From NCBI GenBank assembly GCA_965249575.1, contig OZ252244.1, positions 192,001 to 256,000 on the forward strand: a DNA stretch of 64,000 nucleotides. The letters run 5' to 3'. Below the pieces are notes generated by a model. That model was not told where the DNA came from. It searched no databases and was given only the letters and a program-made list of their open reading frames with translations. The translations under genes and the position numbers were made by a program. The DNA is from Gemmatimonadales bacterium (GTDB lineage: Bacteria; Gemmatimonadota; Gemmatimonadetes; Gemmatimonadales; GWC2-71-9). How positions within the stretch are numbered: position 1 is the first letter of the stretch; each line of letters opens with the position of its first letter. Below are positions 52,298 through 62,219 of the stretch, piece after piece.

Positions 52298-53815
52298 GTG
52301 CACTCGATCTGCTGAACCGACTCAAACGGCTCGGAGTTGGTGTTTCGGCTGAAGCCGACCGGCTTAAGATCCGAGCACCCGAAGGTGCCCTGACCCCACA
52401 GATTCGCGACGAAATCGCGGCGCGAAAACCCGAGTTGTTGCGGCTGCTCACTGCACAGCGCGGACCTGATGCCGAGCCAAGTCCGATCCCCAAGAGTCGG
52501 GAAGACAGCTCCGGTAGGTTGTCACCGGGTCAAGAGCGGCTGTGGGGACTCATTCGGCGAGATCCCGAGACGCCGGCGTACAACCTTGCAGCAGCGTTCT
52601 CGTTACGAGGGACCCTGGACGTCGGCCCGCTGAAACGCGCATTCGACGAGATCGTGCATCGACACGAGAGCCTCCGTTCCACTATCCACCTGGAAGCGAA
52701 GCAGCCGACTGTACGGATTGGACCGCCGGAAGATGGGTGGCTCGTCTACACCGATCTCCGAACCGATGCCAACCCAACCTCCCGCGCACACAATCTCGCG
52801 GTGCGGGACGCGCGCACACCTTTCGACCTCGAGGCGGGTCCTCTTGCCCGGTTTCATCTGATTCAGATGAGCGAGTCGGATTACGTCCTGGTGATTGTGA
52901 TCCATCACCTCGTTTCGGACGGATGGTCGTTTGATGTGCTCTATGACGAGCTGACCGCACTCTACGAGCACTTCAGCGCCGGGCACTCATCACCTCTCAC
53001 TCCGGTATCGCGTCACTACGCTGACTTTGTCGCGTGGCAGCACCGCCTCCTCGACGGAACGGGCGGCGAGTCCCACCGAGCCTATTGGACCACGCAGCTC
53101 AAGGGTCCGTTGCGCGCAATCGAACTCCTTCCTGACCTAGGCACCTCGAGCCGCGGCTACCTTGGAGACCGGGTCACGGAGGCGTTCTCGCTGGAGGTGC
53201 GAGAGGGGGTAGAGCGTCTGAGCGCCGCGTGCAACGCCAGCCCCTTCACGGTGCTCCTCGCCGCGTATGCCGGCATGTTGCGTGAGCCGTCGGGACAATT
53301 CGACACGCTGGTCTGCTCGCCCGTTGCGGGCCGGGAGCGGCCGGAACTTCGCGGAGTCGTAGGCTACTTGAACAACCTGCTCGTCCTGCGAGTCCCGACG
53401 GGTGGGGATCCTCCATTCAACGAACTCGTGACGAGTGTGCAGCGGCTAGCCCTCGAAGCCTATCAGCACCAAGACCTTCCTTTCCAAGAAGTGGCGGGCC
53501 TTCCCGACCTCGCTCGGATCCCCCTGACCCGCGCCATGTTTGCGTTCCAGGCCGACCCGCCCCACTGCCTGAAGCTTGGTGGTGTTGAGGTCAGACCGAT
53601 ACCCATACACAACGGAACGGCAAACTTCGACATCGGCCTGACCATTGCCAAGACACCCGACGGCCTGGATGCAACCCTCACATTCCGGGACGGCGTCCTG
53701 GGGCCGGTAGCAGGAATCGCTCTGCTCAAACAGTTTCGTGCGTTGCTCGGTGCTGCGTTGAAGGATTTCGAACTGCCGCTGTCCAAACTGGATCCGCTGG
53801 CCGTGTCACGGCCGG
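52294..53815 (+). pseudogene. Truncated NRPS: TubC-N-like docking domain plus C domain, remainder deleted
   Basis: LKRLGVGVSAEADRLKIRAPEGALTPQIRDEIAARKPELL; HHLVSDG; runs into unrelated sequence afterwards. Confidence 0.8.
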
Positions 53816-53818
53816 CGA

Positions 53819-54823
53819 GTGCCCCTCTTCGTCGCATTCTGCCTGTTCGCTTCGTACTACTGGTACCCCGGATACACGAAACTGATGAACGGCTGGCTAT
53901 TCTACAGCCCGCTCTACCTGGGCGGCTTCGCCAGTTATGCCAACGGATGGTTTGCGTTCCTTCCGATCGAGCGTTTCCAGGACCTCATGAAGGTCGGGGC
54001 AGCCCTCGATTGGCCCGGCCGGGTCCTTACGCTCGGTGCTGAAATCGCAGCGCTGCTCTTTTTCGCGCATCGTTCCGGTGCACGAATTCTTCTGCTGGTC
54101 TGGACCGGGATGCACGTCGCGATCTGGATGTTCTCTGGAATCACGTTCTTGGTTTGGATCGTCTTGAACCTGGCGTTCCTGGCCCTCTTTTTCTTGAAGG
54201 CCGAACATGTGCCTCCCATGTTTTCGAGAAGGCATGCGATCGCAGGGGCAGCCTTGATGCTACTTTCTCCGCTCTGGCTCATGCCACCCCGGGTTGGGTG
54301 GTTCGACACGAGGCTCGTGTACACCTACAGATACGAGGCCGTCGACGATCGGGGAAACCGCGCCGCGTTCCCCGCCGATGCGACACCGCTTGGACAAGCC
54401 TGGTGCGCACGTGACTTCCCGTTCCTCTCGAAACATCCGACGGTGTTGGTCCGATATGGGAAGACGAACGATCGATCGCTTGCGCGGGCGATCATGGCTA
54501 TTGCCGACGTCGGCAGCCTATTCAGACTCGAAGAGGAGCATGGGACGATTTATTTCGATGCCGAGGAGGCAGAAACGCTGGACGAGTATCTCAGCGCCAT
54601 CGCCCAAAACTGGAATCGCCGGCACTCCGCAAAGCACTGGCTCAGTTGGGCGTCCCCGCCGAGGACGTGCCTGTCTCCACGGTCACCGCCAGAACCGCTG
54701 ATCGCACCGGATCGGACCGTAACAAGGATCATCGTCCATCAGCTAACCTTTTGGTTTGACGGAAGCACGTTTCGGCAGATCCGCCGCGTACCGGTTCGTA
54801 CTATAGACGTACCCGCGGCGTGA
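53819..54823 (+). CDS. Hypothetical membrane protein, probably 5'-truncated
   Basis: Several TM helices followed by a soluble C terminus; begins at the NRPS breakpoint. Confidence 0.55.
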   Translation: MPLFVAFCLFASYYWYPGYTKLMNGWLFYSPLYLGGFASYANGWFAFLPIERFQDLMKVGAALDWPGRVLTLGAEIAALLFFAHRSGARILLLVWTGMHVAIWMFSGITFLVWIVLNLAFLALFFLKAEHVPPMFSRRHAIAGAALMLLSPLWLMPPRVGWFDTRLVYTYRYEAVDDRGNRAAFPADATPLGQAWCARDFPFLSKHPTVLVRYGKTNDRSLARAIMAIADVGSLFRLEEEHGTIYFDAEEAETLDEYLSAIAQNWNRRHSAKHWLSWASPPRTCLSPRSPPEPLIAPDRTVTRIIVHQLTFWFDGSTFRQIRRVPVRTIDVPAA

Positions 54824-55080
54824 TCGGTGTGCCAACAAGCGCAGATTGATCCCGTCAGAGACCGAGGGCGCGAATCAGTATTCAGGTTCCCGAACCCGCA
54901 TTGGCGACCCCTGCACGTCACCCCGCGCGGCGACGGCCGATGACTGTCCGCACCTCGGTGCCGGCCTGGCGCTCCAGCCGTCCTATACGTGCGAGGCTGA
55001 CGCAAAGCTGCGGTGCAGCACCTCCGGGCGCTATCCTGGCTTGGGACACCCGCCTGGTCGTGAACAGAGGCAGGCTGACC

Positions 55081-55686
55081 TCAGTGTTCTCCTCCTTGCG
55101 ACACAACCGCTGTGACGATCTGACCGGCAATCGATGTTGCCGCATCAGCCTCCCCACTACGCCTATACCGTACTGTTACGCCGGTGAGCTCCTCCCCCGA
55201 CCCGACCGAAATCACGCGAACGTCGCAGACAAACTCATCATCAACCAGCCGAACCCGGCCGGACACGAAGTTCCCGACGATTAACTGCGCACGACGCGCC
55301 AGCCCCGAATTCCGCGGGGGTGGCAGCTCTTCGTGTGGGGGGGACCAGCGAACAGATGCATCTTGCTGCAACGCACGTACGAGGTCCTCGTAAAGGCGTG
55401 TGGCCGATTCGCGGACGCGCCGGTCGAGGCTTGAATCCTCGGTGGGCGCAACGTCAAATGCGAGCACACCCACCGTGGACGGATCCGATCCGTCTCGCTG
55501 TGCCGCAGCGGTGGTACAGAAGGCGGCTCCCAGGAGCCATGTGATCCCTGCGACGACTCGCAAGAGGCGATGCGGGACAGCAGCTACCTGGCGGACACCT
55601 TCGGGCTCTTCTGGACGCCGTCGGGCCCGTTGTCCCAATCCTGGGCACTGGAGATGTTCGGCAACCCCCACTGATGGCCGTTCCAC
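55081..55686 (-). CDS. Hypothetical exported protein (TolB-N/CsgG-like fold possible); start uncertain
   Basis: Signal-like WLLGAAFCTTAAAQ, TVGVLAF, DVRVISVGSGE. Confidence 0.45.
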   Translation of the reverse strand: MERPSVGVAEHLQCPGLGQRARRRPEEPEGVRQVAAVPHRLLRVVAGITWLLGAAFCTTAAAQRDGSDPSTVGVLAFDVAPTEDSSLDRRVRESATRLYEDLVRALQQDASVRWSPPHEELPPPRNSGLARRAQLIVGNFVSGRVRLVDDEFVCDVRVISVGSGEELTGVTVRYRRSGEADAATSIAGQIVTAVVSQGGEH

Positions 55687-56924
55687 CCGTCGAAACCGTC
55701 CATCTTGAAGATCCAGAAACCCGAACCGCTGGTCAGAATCAATCCGTCAGCGTTTCGAACGTCCACACCGAACGTGCTCCCGCCCCGCAGCTTCACGCCT
55801 GGGGCGGTGTCATAGAAGCCCACGGTGTAGGGATTAGCCGGATCCATCATGTTGAACACCTGGAACTCGTCCGCATAGGTCGACACGAACACGTACGGCC
55901 AGCGGACCTCGTGGTTGTGGGGGAGTCCGTCCCAGCTAGCCGTCCAGGCTCCTACGGGTCGAGAGATCGTCTTCACCTCGCCGTCCAAGCCGGGCTTCAG
56001 ATCGAATACCCGGAGGGGTGCGTACGTGTACTCGGCTTCGGTGATCGCATACCGGCCGGTGGGATCGGGTGTGAAGGTGTGCCCCCAGGTGACACCGGCG
56101 ACACCGGTGATGGACGTGACGAGCTTTGGCTCGGCCACGTTGGTGATGTCAAAGACGAAATACCCCCCCTGACCGGGGCCGTAGAAGAGGTCCCGTTGGG
56201 TTGCCGGATCGAAACCGACGTAGAAGTCGTGGTACGCATACCGTGGGTAGTTGGGCGTGTTCGGCTGAAAGGCGCTGATGTCGGCGAGCGGGACTTTCCC
56301 GACAACGGCGCGCATGGGATCGCCGCTCACGACGAGATCGATATCGTAGATGTACGCGTACGGACTGTACGTGCTGGTGATCAGCAGCGCCCGGCCGTCG
56401 GAGTGCTTGTACGCGAACATGTTGTGAAACCCGCCCCGCGCCTCGGGCACGCGAATGCGCGTGAGCTCCCTAATCGTGCTCGTGTCCGGCAGGCCGGTAA
56501 TATCGAACACGATGGCGCCAAGATCCGTATCGGGTCCCACGCCCTGCCGGTACTGGAACGACTGAGCGAAGTAATACCGGCCTTTACTCTTCAAGTACAT
56601 AGGCTCGAGCGAGCTTCCCACGTGCAGCTCGGGATCCTCGAGCTGCCAGGTGTAAATGCGATCGGGCTGGGTGGGGTCCTTGATATCGAAGATGTGAAAC
56701 CCGTGATGGCCGCCGGTTGACACATACGCAAAGGGCCGCGACACCTCTTGCTCGATCTCCACATCGGTGAGGCGGCCTGGCACGTGAGCCACGACGTGAA
56801 CGTTGGTGCTGCTTTGCTTCCCAGCCACGGAAACGCCCCCCCCCGACACCTGCGCCAGGACCGGCGCTGCCTGGAAAAGGACGCTCAGCATCATCGGGGG
56901 GCCCAGATATCTCGATCTGTTCAT
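55584..56924 (-). CDS. Secreted LVIVD-like repeat beta-propeller protein
   Basis: Signal peptide; repeated (I/V)FDI...P strands; many His. Confidence 0.75.
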   Translation of the reverse strand: MNRSRYLGPPMMLSVLFQAAPVLAQVSGGGVSVAGKQSSTNVHVVAHVPGRLTDVEIEQEVSRPFAYVSTGGHHGFHIFDIKDPTQPDRIYTWQLEDPELHVGSSLEPMYLKSKGRYYFAQSFQYRQGVGPDTDLGAIVFDITGLPDTSTIRELTRIRVPEARGGFHNMFAYKHSDGRALLITSTYSPYAYIYDIDLVVSGDPMRAVVGKVPLADISAFQPNTPNYPRYAYHDFYVGFDPATQRDLFYGPGQGGYFVFDITNVAEPKLVTSITGVAGVTWGHTFTPDPTGRYAITEAEYTYAPLRVFDLKPGLDGEVKTISRPVGAWTASWDGLPHNHEVRWPYVFVSTYADEFQVFNMMDPANPYTVGFYDTAPGVKLRGGSTFGVDVRNADGLILTSGSGFWIFKMDGFDGWNGHQWGLPNISSAQDWDNGPDGVQKSPKVSAR

Positions 56925-57223
56925 GGTACCTCACGGGTCGACTGAAGACGGCGAACGATGGGAATGACGACGGTGAGTGGTGATCACCCCCTCCACCTAT
57001 CATCGCCTCCGACCCCCGGTCGGCACAACGGCGGAGCACATCGCACTCAGAAAGCAACCGTCAGTCATTCTGTCAACATCACAAAACGATCGCCACGACC
57101 GCGAGCGGCCGGTGTTTCGAGCGAGTCACCTCGTTGTAAAAGTCCCCAAGACTCACTAGTGTGACGCGGCACACGAAACACACATGACCGGATTGGCCAT
57201 GCACTCAACGTGTCACCATGCAG

Positions 57224-57239
57224 TGTGAGGAACGTCACT
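57224..57239. promoter_or_regulatory. CRP/FNR-family-like binding site
   Basis: TGTGA-GGAACG-TCACT (9/10 to TGTGA-N6-TCACA); weaker copy at 57160-57175. Confidence 0.45.
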
Positions 57240-57324
57240 GCCGCGCATCGACCCGAGGGCAGAATTGGGCGTGCGCTCTCGCCATGCCCGGGTCCGAGGT
57301 TGGGCCCCCAGCAGGGGAGACCGC

Positions 57325-57415
57325 CGCTGCTCAGAGCAACCCCGTCGAAAGACGGGCGGACGCAGAGTCACGGGGCTAACGCGAGATGATCGCTACGCCA
57401 GCCGGGCCGCCAGCG
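57325..57415 (+). ncRNA. GEMM-I (c-di-GMP-I family) riboswitch, copy 1
   Basis: P1 CGCTG/CAGCG; GAGCAA, CCCGTC-GAAA-GACGGG, GACGCAGAG, GCCAGCCGGGCCGCC. Confidence 0.85.
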
Positions 57416-57451
57416 CATCGACCAGTCGACGCGGCGGTCCGGCTCTCTTTT
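57401..57451 (+). terminator. Intrinsic terminator overlapping riboswitch 1
   Basis: GCCGGGCCGC pairs with GCGGTCCGGC, followed by TCTCTTTT. Confidence 0.7.
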
Positions 57452-57552
57452 GTGACAGCGAGTACCGGCCGGCCCAGTCGGCGAATAAACCGAGTTCGGT
57501 TTGGCATTCGGTGACCGTGCCCGTCCGGTCCACACGGCGGTGCACGTCCTGA

Positions 57553-57645
57553 CGCTGCCAAGAGCAAAGCCGTCGAAAGGGGGTGACGCAGAGCCACGGG
57601 ACTGCGGCGAACGAAGACTTCGCCATGTCGGCCGGGCCGCCAGCG
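57553..57645 (+). ncRNA. GEMM-I (c-di-GMP-I family) riboswitch, copy 2
   Basis: P1 CGCTG/CAGCG; GAGCAAA, GAAA tetraloop stem, GACGCAGAGCCACGGG, GCCGGGCCGCC. Confidence 0.85.
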
Positions 57646-57684
57646 ATTCGACTCCAGTCGATTCTTGGCGGCCCGATTCTTTTT
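57633..57684 (+). terminator. Intrinsic terminator overlapping riboswitch 2
   Basis: CGGGCCGCCA pairs with TGGCGGCCCG, followed by ATTCTTTTT. Confidence 0.75.
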
Positions 57685-57704
57685 ACGGTGCAGGAGGTCG
57701 AGAC

Positions 57705-60119
57705 ATGACATACAAGTTCAAACTATCGCGACGACTCGCCATGGCCTGGAGACGCCTGATCGGAGCATCTGCCGTCCTCCTCGGCTGCAATCCTGGATCG
57801 ATCTCCCAGTCCGACACGCAGGCCGAGAACATTACCGCGGTCGCGGTACACCCCTCTGCAATGCAATTGGCCCCAGGCGCAATCGAGTACTTTCGGGCTT
57901 ACGCCCGCCTCATCACCGGCGACAGCGTGCCAATCTCGGTGACCTGGCAGGCCTCGGCCGGAAACATCACGCCGGAAGGCGTTTACACGGCGCCGACTCA
58001 GCCAGGTGCCTACCTCGTCGATGCTACGCACCCTGAGAAGCTCTGGCTCAGTAGCTCAGCACAGGTGACCGTGGAGTCGCTCGCGTTAGAGCTCTTCATC
58101 TCGCCCAAGAGGACGACAATCCAGCCCAACGATTCGGTAGAGTTCCGCGCGGTCGTCCTGAACACCGCTGGTGACACCGTGCCGATGGACATCACCTTCA
58201 CGAGCAGCTCGGGCACCGTGACCAAGAAGGGGAGGGCGCTCGGTCACTTCAAGCCCAATGGCTCCCGCGGAAACCATAAGGTGATCGCAGAGGTCGATTC
58301 GGCTGGGTTGAGCGATACCGCGGACGTCGAGGTCGTGGACACGCTCGTCGCTTCAGTGACGGTGATCCCTAGCTCCCTTTCCCTGAACGAGGGTCAGTCG
58401 TACTCCCTGACCGCAGAGCTCCGGGATTTGGCAGGAAACGCCCTAACGGGCCGGAGCGTTCGCTGGTCGAGCGCGCGCCCCCAATCGGTCGCGGTCGACC
58501 CGTTCGGTTCCGTTACCGCCGTGGCCAGCGGCTCGGCAACGATCATCGCCGAAAGTGAGGGCGTGACCGGCCAGGCCGAAATCGCGGTGAACCCGACCCC
58601 CGTCGGGTCGGTAGGCGTCACGCCGAGTAATGGGGCTCTCCTGGCGGGTGGAAGCCTTCAGCTCATTGCTACCGTTCGGGATTTGGTCGGCAACGTCCTT
58701 CCGGGCCGCACGGTCGCATGGTCGAGCTCGGCTCCCAGTATCGCGACCGTCGACGTCTCGGGACTCGTCGTCGGGATAACGGCGGGCTCCGGCACCATCA
58801 CGGCGACCAGCGACCGGCAGGTCGGTACCGCAATCATCGCGGTGAGTCTGGTGCCAGTCGCCTCCATCGCCGTCTCTCCGGGATCGGCCGCATTGATCGA
58901 GGGTGAGACACTGCAGCTCACAGCCACCCCGCTCGACTCGGCGGGCCAGCCGCTCCCCAATCGCGCCGTTGCCTGGACGAGCTCTTCACCAACGGTGGCT
59001 TCGGTCGACGGATCGGGACTCCTGACGGCCTCCGCCGGCGGCGCGGCGACGATCACGGCATCCAGCGAGGGGCAGAGCGCGGCGATCTCGGCCATCGTGA
59101 CACGAGTGCCGGTAGGATCCGTCACCGTTACGGGCGGAACCGGCACGGTCGAGGTCGGAGGGATCACGCAACTGCAGGCGGCAACTCGTGACTCGGCTGG
59201 TAACCTGCTGGCCAATCGCGTGGTCACGTGGAGTAGCTCGAACTCCGGCATCGCCACCGTGTCCTCAGGACTGGTGGCCGGCGTCGCCGTCGGATCCGCC
59301 ATCATCACAGCCACGTCGGAGGGGCGACAAGGAATCGCGAGCATGACCGTCACGCCTCCGCCCACTCCGGCCACCCCGCTGTTCGAGGAAGATTTCTCCG
59401 GGTACACGGCCACTCCCTACCTATTGACGGACGACAACAACCCCTGGACGTTCACGGCCATTGGTCCCGGCGGAGCCATCGTATTGGATCAGACGCGCGG
59501 ATTCGGTTCCTCGAGTCAGTCCATGCGATATGACTATCCCGACAACGATAGCTGCGGGAACTACACCATAGGGCGGTCGTTCCACGAGCGGATTGCTCCA
59601 TACGACCAGTTGCAGAACTTCTGGGTGGAGTACATCATCAGCTTCTCCAGTAATTGGCGGACCGCGCAATCAGCCTGCACGAGTGGATTTGCTGACCACA
59701 AGACGATCGAGATCTTCCCGTTACCCACTGGTAGTACGCGGTGGGAGGTCAAGATCGGGGCCGGCGGCCTCGGGTTCCAGACGAGCTCGCCGCAGGCCCC
59801 CCCGAACCAGGTCAACGAGTCGCCCATCAACACGCCGCCGCCGTACGATGCCCTGACCTTCTGGGACGATAACTGGAAGGTGGTGCGGGTTCAGGTCGGT
59901 AACTTCGGGAGCGGCGTGGCGAATGGGATTTGGCGCATCTGGTTCGACAACGGCACCGGGATGCGGCTCGTGCACGAACAGACGAACCTGCTCTACGAGG
60001 TCGCCGGCACAGGTATCAAGCATTTCTGGATCGGCCAGAATCGCAACCTCGGCCAGGATGAAGTAATGGACTGGTCGGTTGGCCGGATCAGAGTGTATTC
60101 AGACGATCCGGGTTGGTAG
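57705..60119 (+). CDS. Surface lipoprotein with bacterial Ig-like (Big_2) repeats and a C-terminal beta-sandwich domain
   Basis: AGGAGG RBS, LLGC lipobox, four V.WSSS.P..A.V...G repeats ending ITATSEG-like. Confidence 0.85.
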   Translation: MTYKFKLSRRLAMAWRRLIGASAVLLGCNPGSISQSDTQAENITAVAVHPSAMQLAPGAIEYFRAYARLITGDSVPISVTWQASAGNITPEGVYTAPTQPGAYLVDATHPEKLWLSSSAQVTVESLALELFISPKRTTIQPNDSVEFRAVVLNTAGDTVPMDITFTSSSGTVTKKGRALGHFKPNGSRGNHKVIAEVDSAGLSDTADVEVVDTLVASVTVIPSSLSLNEGQSYSLTAELRDLAGNALTGRSVRWSSARPQSVAVDPFGSVTAVASGSATIIAESEGVTGQAEIAVNPTPVGSVGVTPSNGALLAGGSLQLIATVRDLVGNVLPGRTVAWSSSAPSIATVDVSGLVVGITAGSGTITATSDRQVGTAIIAVSLVPVASIAVSPGSAALIEGETLQLTATPLDSAGQPLPNRAVAWTSSSPTVASVDGSGLLTASAGGAATITASSEGQSAAISAIVTRVPVGSVTVTGGTGTVEVGGITQLQAATRDSAGNLLANRVVTWSSSNSGIATVSSGLVAGVAVGSAIITATSEGRQGIASMTVTPPPTPATPLFEEDFSGYTATPYLLTDDNNPWTFTAIGPGGAIVLDQTRGFGSSSQSMRYDYPDNDSCGNYTIGRSFHERIAPYDQLQNFWVEYIISFSSNWRTAQSACTSGFADHKTIEIFPLPTGSTRWEVKIGAGGLGFQTSSPQAPPNQVNESPINTPPPYDALTFWDDNWKVVRVQVGNFGSGVANGIWRIWFDNGTGMRLVHEQTNLLYEVAGTGIKHFWIGQNRNLGQDEVMDWSVGRIRVYSDDPGW

Positions 60120-60624
60120 AGATCAGCGAATAGCGAATTGCGAGTGGCGATTTGGATTGCCCAGTGCTCGACCTCTGACGGGATTTGAGTTTGCCGTGGG
60201 TGGGCCGAAATCGGTCAACCCGCGGACGGCGATCTCAGATCGTCACTCGCTATTCGCCACTCGCCACCATCGCCCTCGCAGCGACTCCGGGTCTATCGCG
60301 GCTGGCAATCCCCGTGGAAACGAGCATGTATCCTCACCCGTTCCCATTCCGATGCCAGTTCTGGTACTCGATTCGTACGATGGGCGATTTTGCAACGGCA
60401 AGACTCGACGTCACTCCGGCAATCAGCCTCACGGGCAGGGACACCAGCAACCAGCCATGCAAGAAGCGATACCGTGTCAAGCTCGCGCTGGTCCACGCAT
60501 TCGGCTGAACCGGCGCTATCTTCACAATGTTCTTAAGGCGTCACGCCCACCGGCTGTTGGCAACCGGGAGGTACGAATAGGACGCGACTGGAACTGCGAC
60601 TAATCCCCAGGAGGGAATCGTCCC

Positions 60625-61119
60625 GTGGCAAGCCGTAGGCTCGGACCTCTACATTCGCTCGCTGTTCGGGCCATCGCCCTGATCGCGCTCACGACCTGCC
60701 GTCCTCACACCAGGTCCGGCGAAGATGCTCATGCGCTTCTGGCCATTCACTCCGAGGTGCTCGACGCCCATCGCGCGGGTGATGCCGACAAATGGATGGC
60801 CGTGGAAGCCGACGAATACATCTCAGCCAACAACGGGACCATGTCGTTCCCGACCAAAGCAGATCGCCGAGCGTCGCGAGAGCCGTACCTTGCCTCCACG
60901 ATCTTTACGGCCTACCAGGACACCCGACCGCCGGCGGTCCGAATCTCCGCCGACGGCTCACTGGGTTGGGTCATCGCGGAGGTCGAGGTACGGGGCACGC
61001 AGCGCAACGACGATGGCACGGAACACGAGATCGACGCGGTCTGGGCGTGGATCGAGCTCTATCAAAAGCAAGGGGACACTTGGAGACTCGTGGGGAACAT
61101 CTCGAATCGACGGCAGTGA
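60625..61119 (+). CDS. NTF2-like (DUF4440-type) protein
   Basis: Signal/lipoprotein-like N terminus; VRISADGSLGWV, ELYQKQGDTWRLV. Confidence 0.7.
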   Translation: MASRRLGPLHSLAVRAIALIALTTCRPHTRSGEDAHALLAIHSEVLDAHRAGDADKWMAVEADEYISANNGTMSFPTKADRRASREPYLASTIFTAYQDTRPPAVRISADGSLGWVIAEVEVRGTQRNDDGTEHEIDAVWAWIELYQKQGDTWRLVGNISNRRQ

Positions 61120-61155
61120 GGACCTGCGATCGGCGAACACGAATGGCGGTGATGC

Positions 61156-61995
61156 ATGCGAAACCTGCTGACGAGCATCGGGGTCTTCCTCTGGGGAACG
61201 ATCGGGTCTTGCTTCGCTGGCCCGGCCGTTTTGACCCATTCGGTCGACGGGTCCGGATTCCCGATTTTGTTCAGCAACGGGACAGGACTTGACTCGCGGA
61301 TGTGGAATGCGCAAACCGACGCGCTGGCCGCCGTCTTTACGGTCATCCGCTTCGACGCGCCCGGCACCGGCGAAACGCCTCTGCCCCGAGGCCTCTACGA
61401 CCTCCGGAAATCGATGAGGCACCTGCTAGATGACTTGGGTTTCGACGCGGTCTGCATCGTCGGTCAGTCGGGCGGATCGGCCGTCGCTCTGGACTTCGCC
61501 CTGACCTATCCCGCCGCCGTGCGGGCCCTGGTGCTGGTATCCTCCGGCATCGGGGGCTCGACGCTCATCCAACCCGACATCGATCGGATTGGGCCGATTG
61601 CGGCCCTGGCCCGTTCAGAGGGTCATGCGGCGGCAGTGGCACGTATGCTGGACGATCCACTCATTCGGCCGGCTGCCCAGGACGCCAACCTGAAAGAAGA
61701 GATCGAGGTCATACTCCTCGAGAACCCCGGGTTGTTCAGTCCGGCGGCCTTCCTCCGCTCCGTCCCACTCTCCCGGCGCGCCATAACCAGGTTGGAGGAC
61801 GTCGCAGCGCCGACGCTGGTCATCGACGGCGACTTGGATCTGTCGCATATCAGGCAGATGTCCGACACGCTGGTAGCACGACTACCGAACGCCAGGCGTG
61901 TTACTGTTGAGGGCGCGGGCCACCTGCTCAATATGGAGAAGCCAGCGGAATTCAATACGCATGTGAGGGAGTTCTTAGCAGAGGAGTGTTCTTAG
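61156..61995 (+). CDS. Alpha/beta fold hydrolase
   Basis: FDAPGTG, GQSGG nucleophile elbow, GAGHLLNMEKP. Confidence 0.88.
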   Translation: MRNLLTSIGVFLWGTIGSCFAGPAVLTHSVDGSGFPILFSNGTGLDSRMWNAQTDALAAVFTVIRFDAPGTGETPLPRGLYDLRKSMRHLLDDLGFDAVCIVGQSGGSAVALDFALTYPAAVRALVLVSSGIGGSTLIQPDIDRIGPIAALARSEGHAAAVARMLDDPLIRPAAQDANLKEEIEVILLENPGLFSPAAFLRSVPLSRRAITRLEDVAAPTLVIDGDLDLSHIRQMSDTLVARLPNARRVTVEGAGHLLNMEKPAEFNTHVREFLAEECS

Positions 61996-62000
61996 GGATG

Positions 62001-62156
62001 GTGGTGAGTGGTGAGTGGTGAGTGGTGAGTGGTGAGTGGTGAGTGGTGAGTGGTGAGTGGTGAGTGGTGAGTGGTGAGTGGTGAGTGGTGAGTGGTGAGT
62101 GGTGAGTGGTGAGTGGTGAGTGGTGAGTGGTGAGTGGTGAGTGGTGAGTGGTGAGT
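62001..62156 (+). repeat. Perfect heptamer tandem repeat (GTGGTGA), about 22 copies
   Basis: Read directly from the sequence. Confidence 0.95.
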
Positions 62157-62219
62157 CGATAATAATACCTTTTGACGACTGGCCAACTCGCACCGAATCA
62201 AACTGGGCACGGGAAACAG

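Noticed and set aside
57501..57704. N-terminal extension of the Ig-repeat ORF from 57501
   Set aside because: This region is riboswitch 2 and its terminator; the ATG at 57705 has an AGGAGG RBS.
62001..62156. CRISPR array, or the HHSPLTT-repeat ORFs on the minus strand
   Set aside because: Pure 7-mer tandem repeat with no spacers; the ORFs are translation by-products of the repeat.
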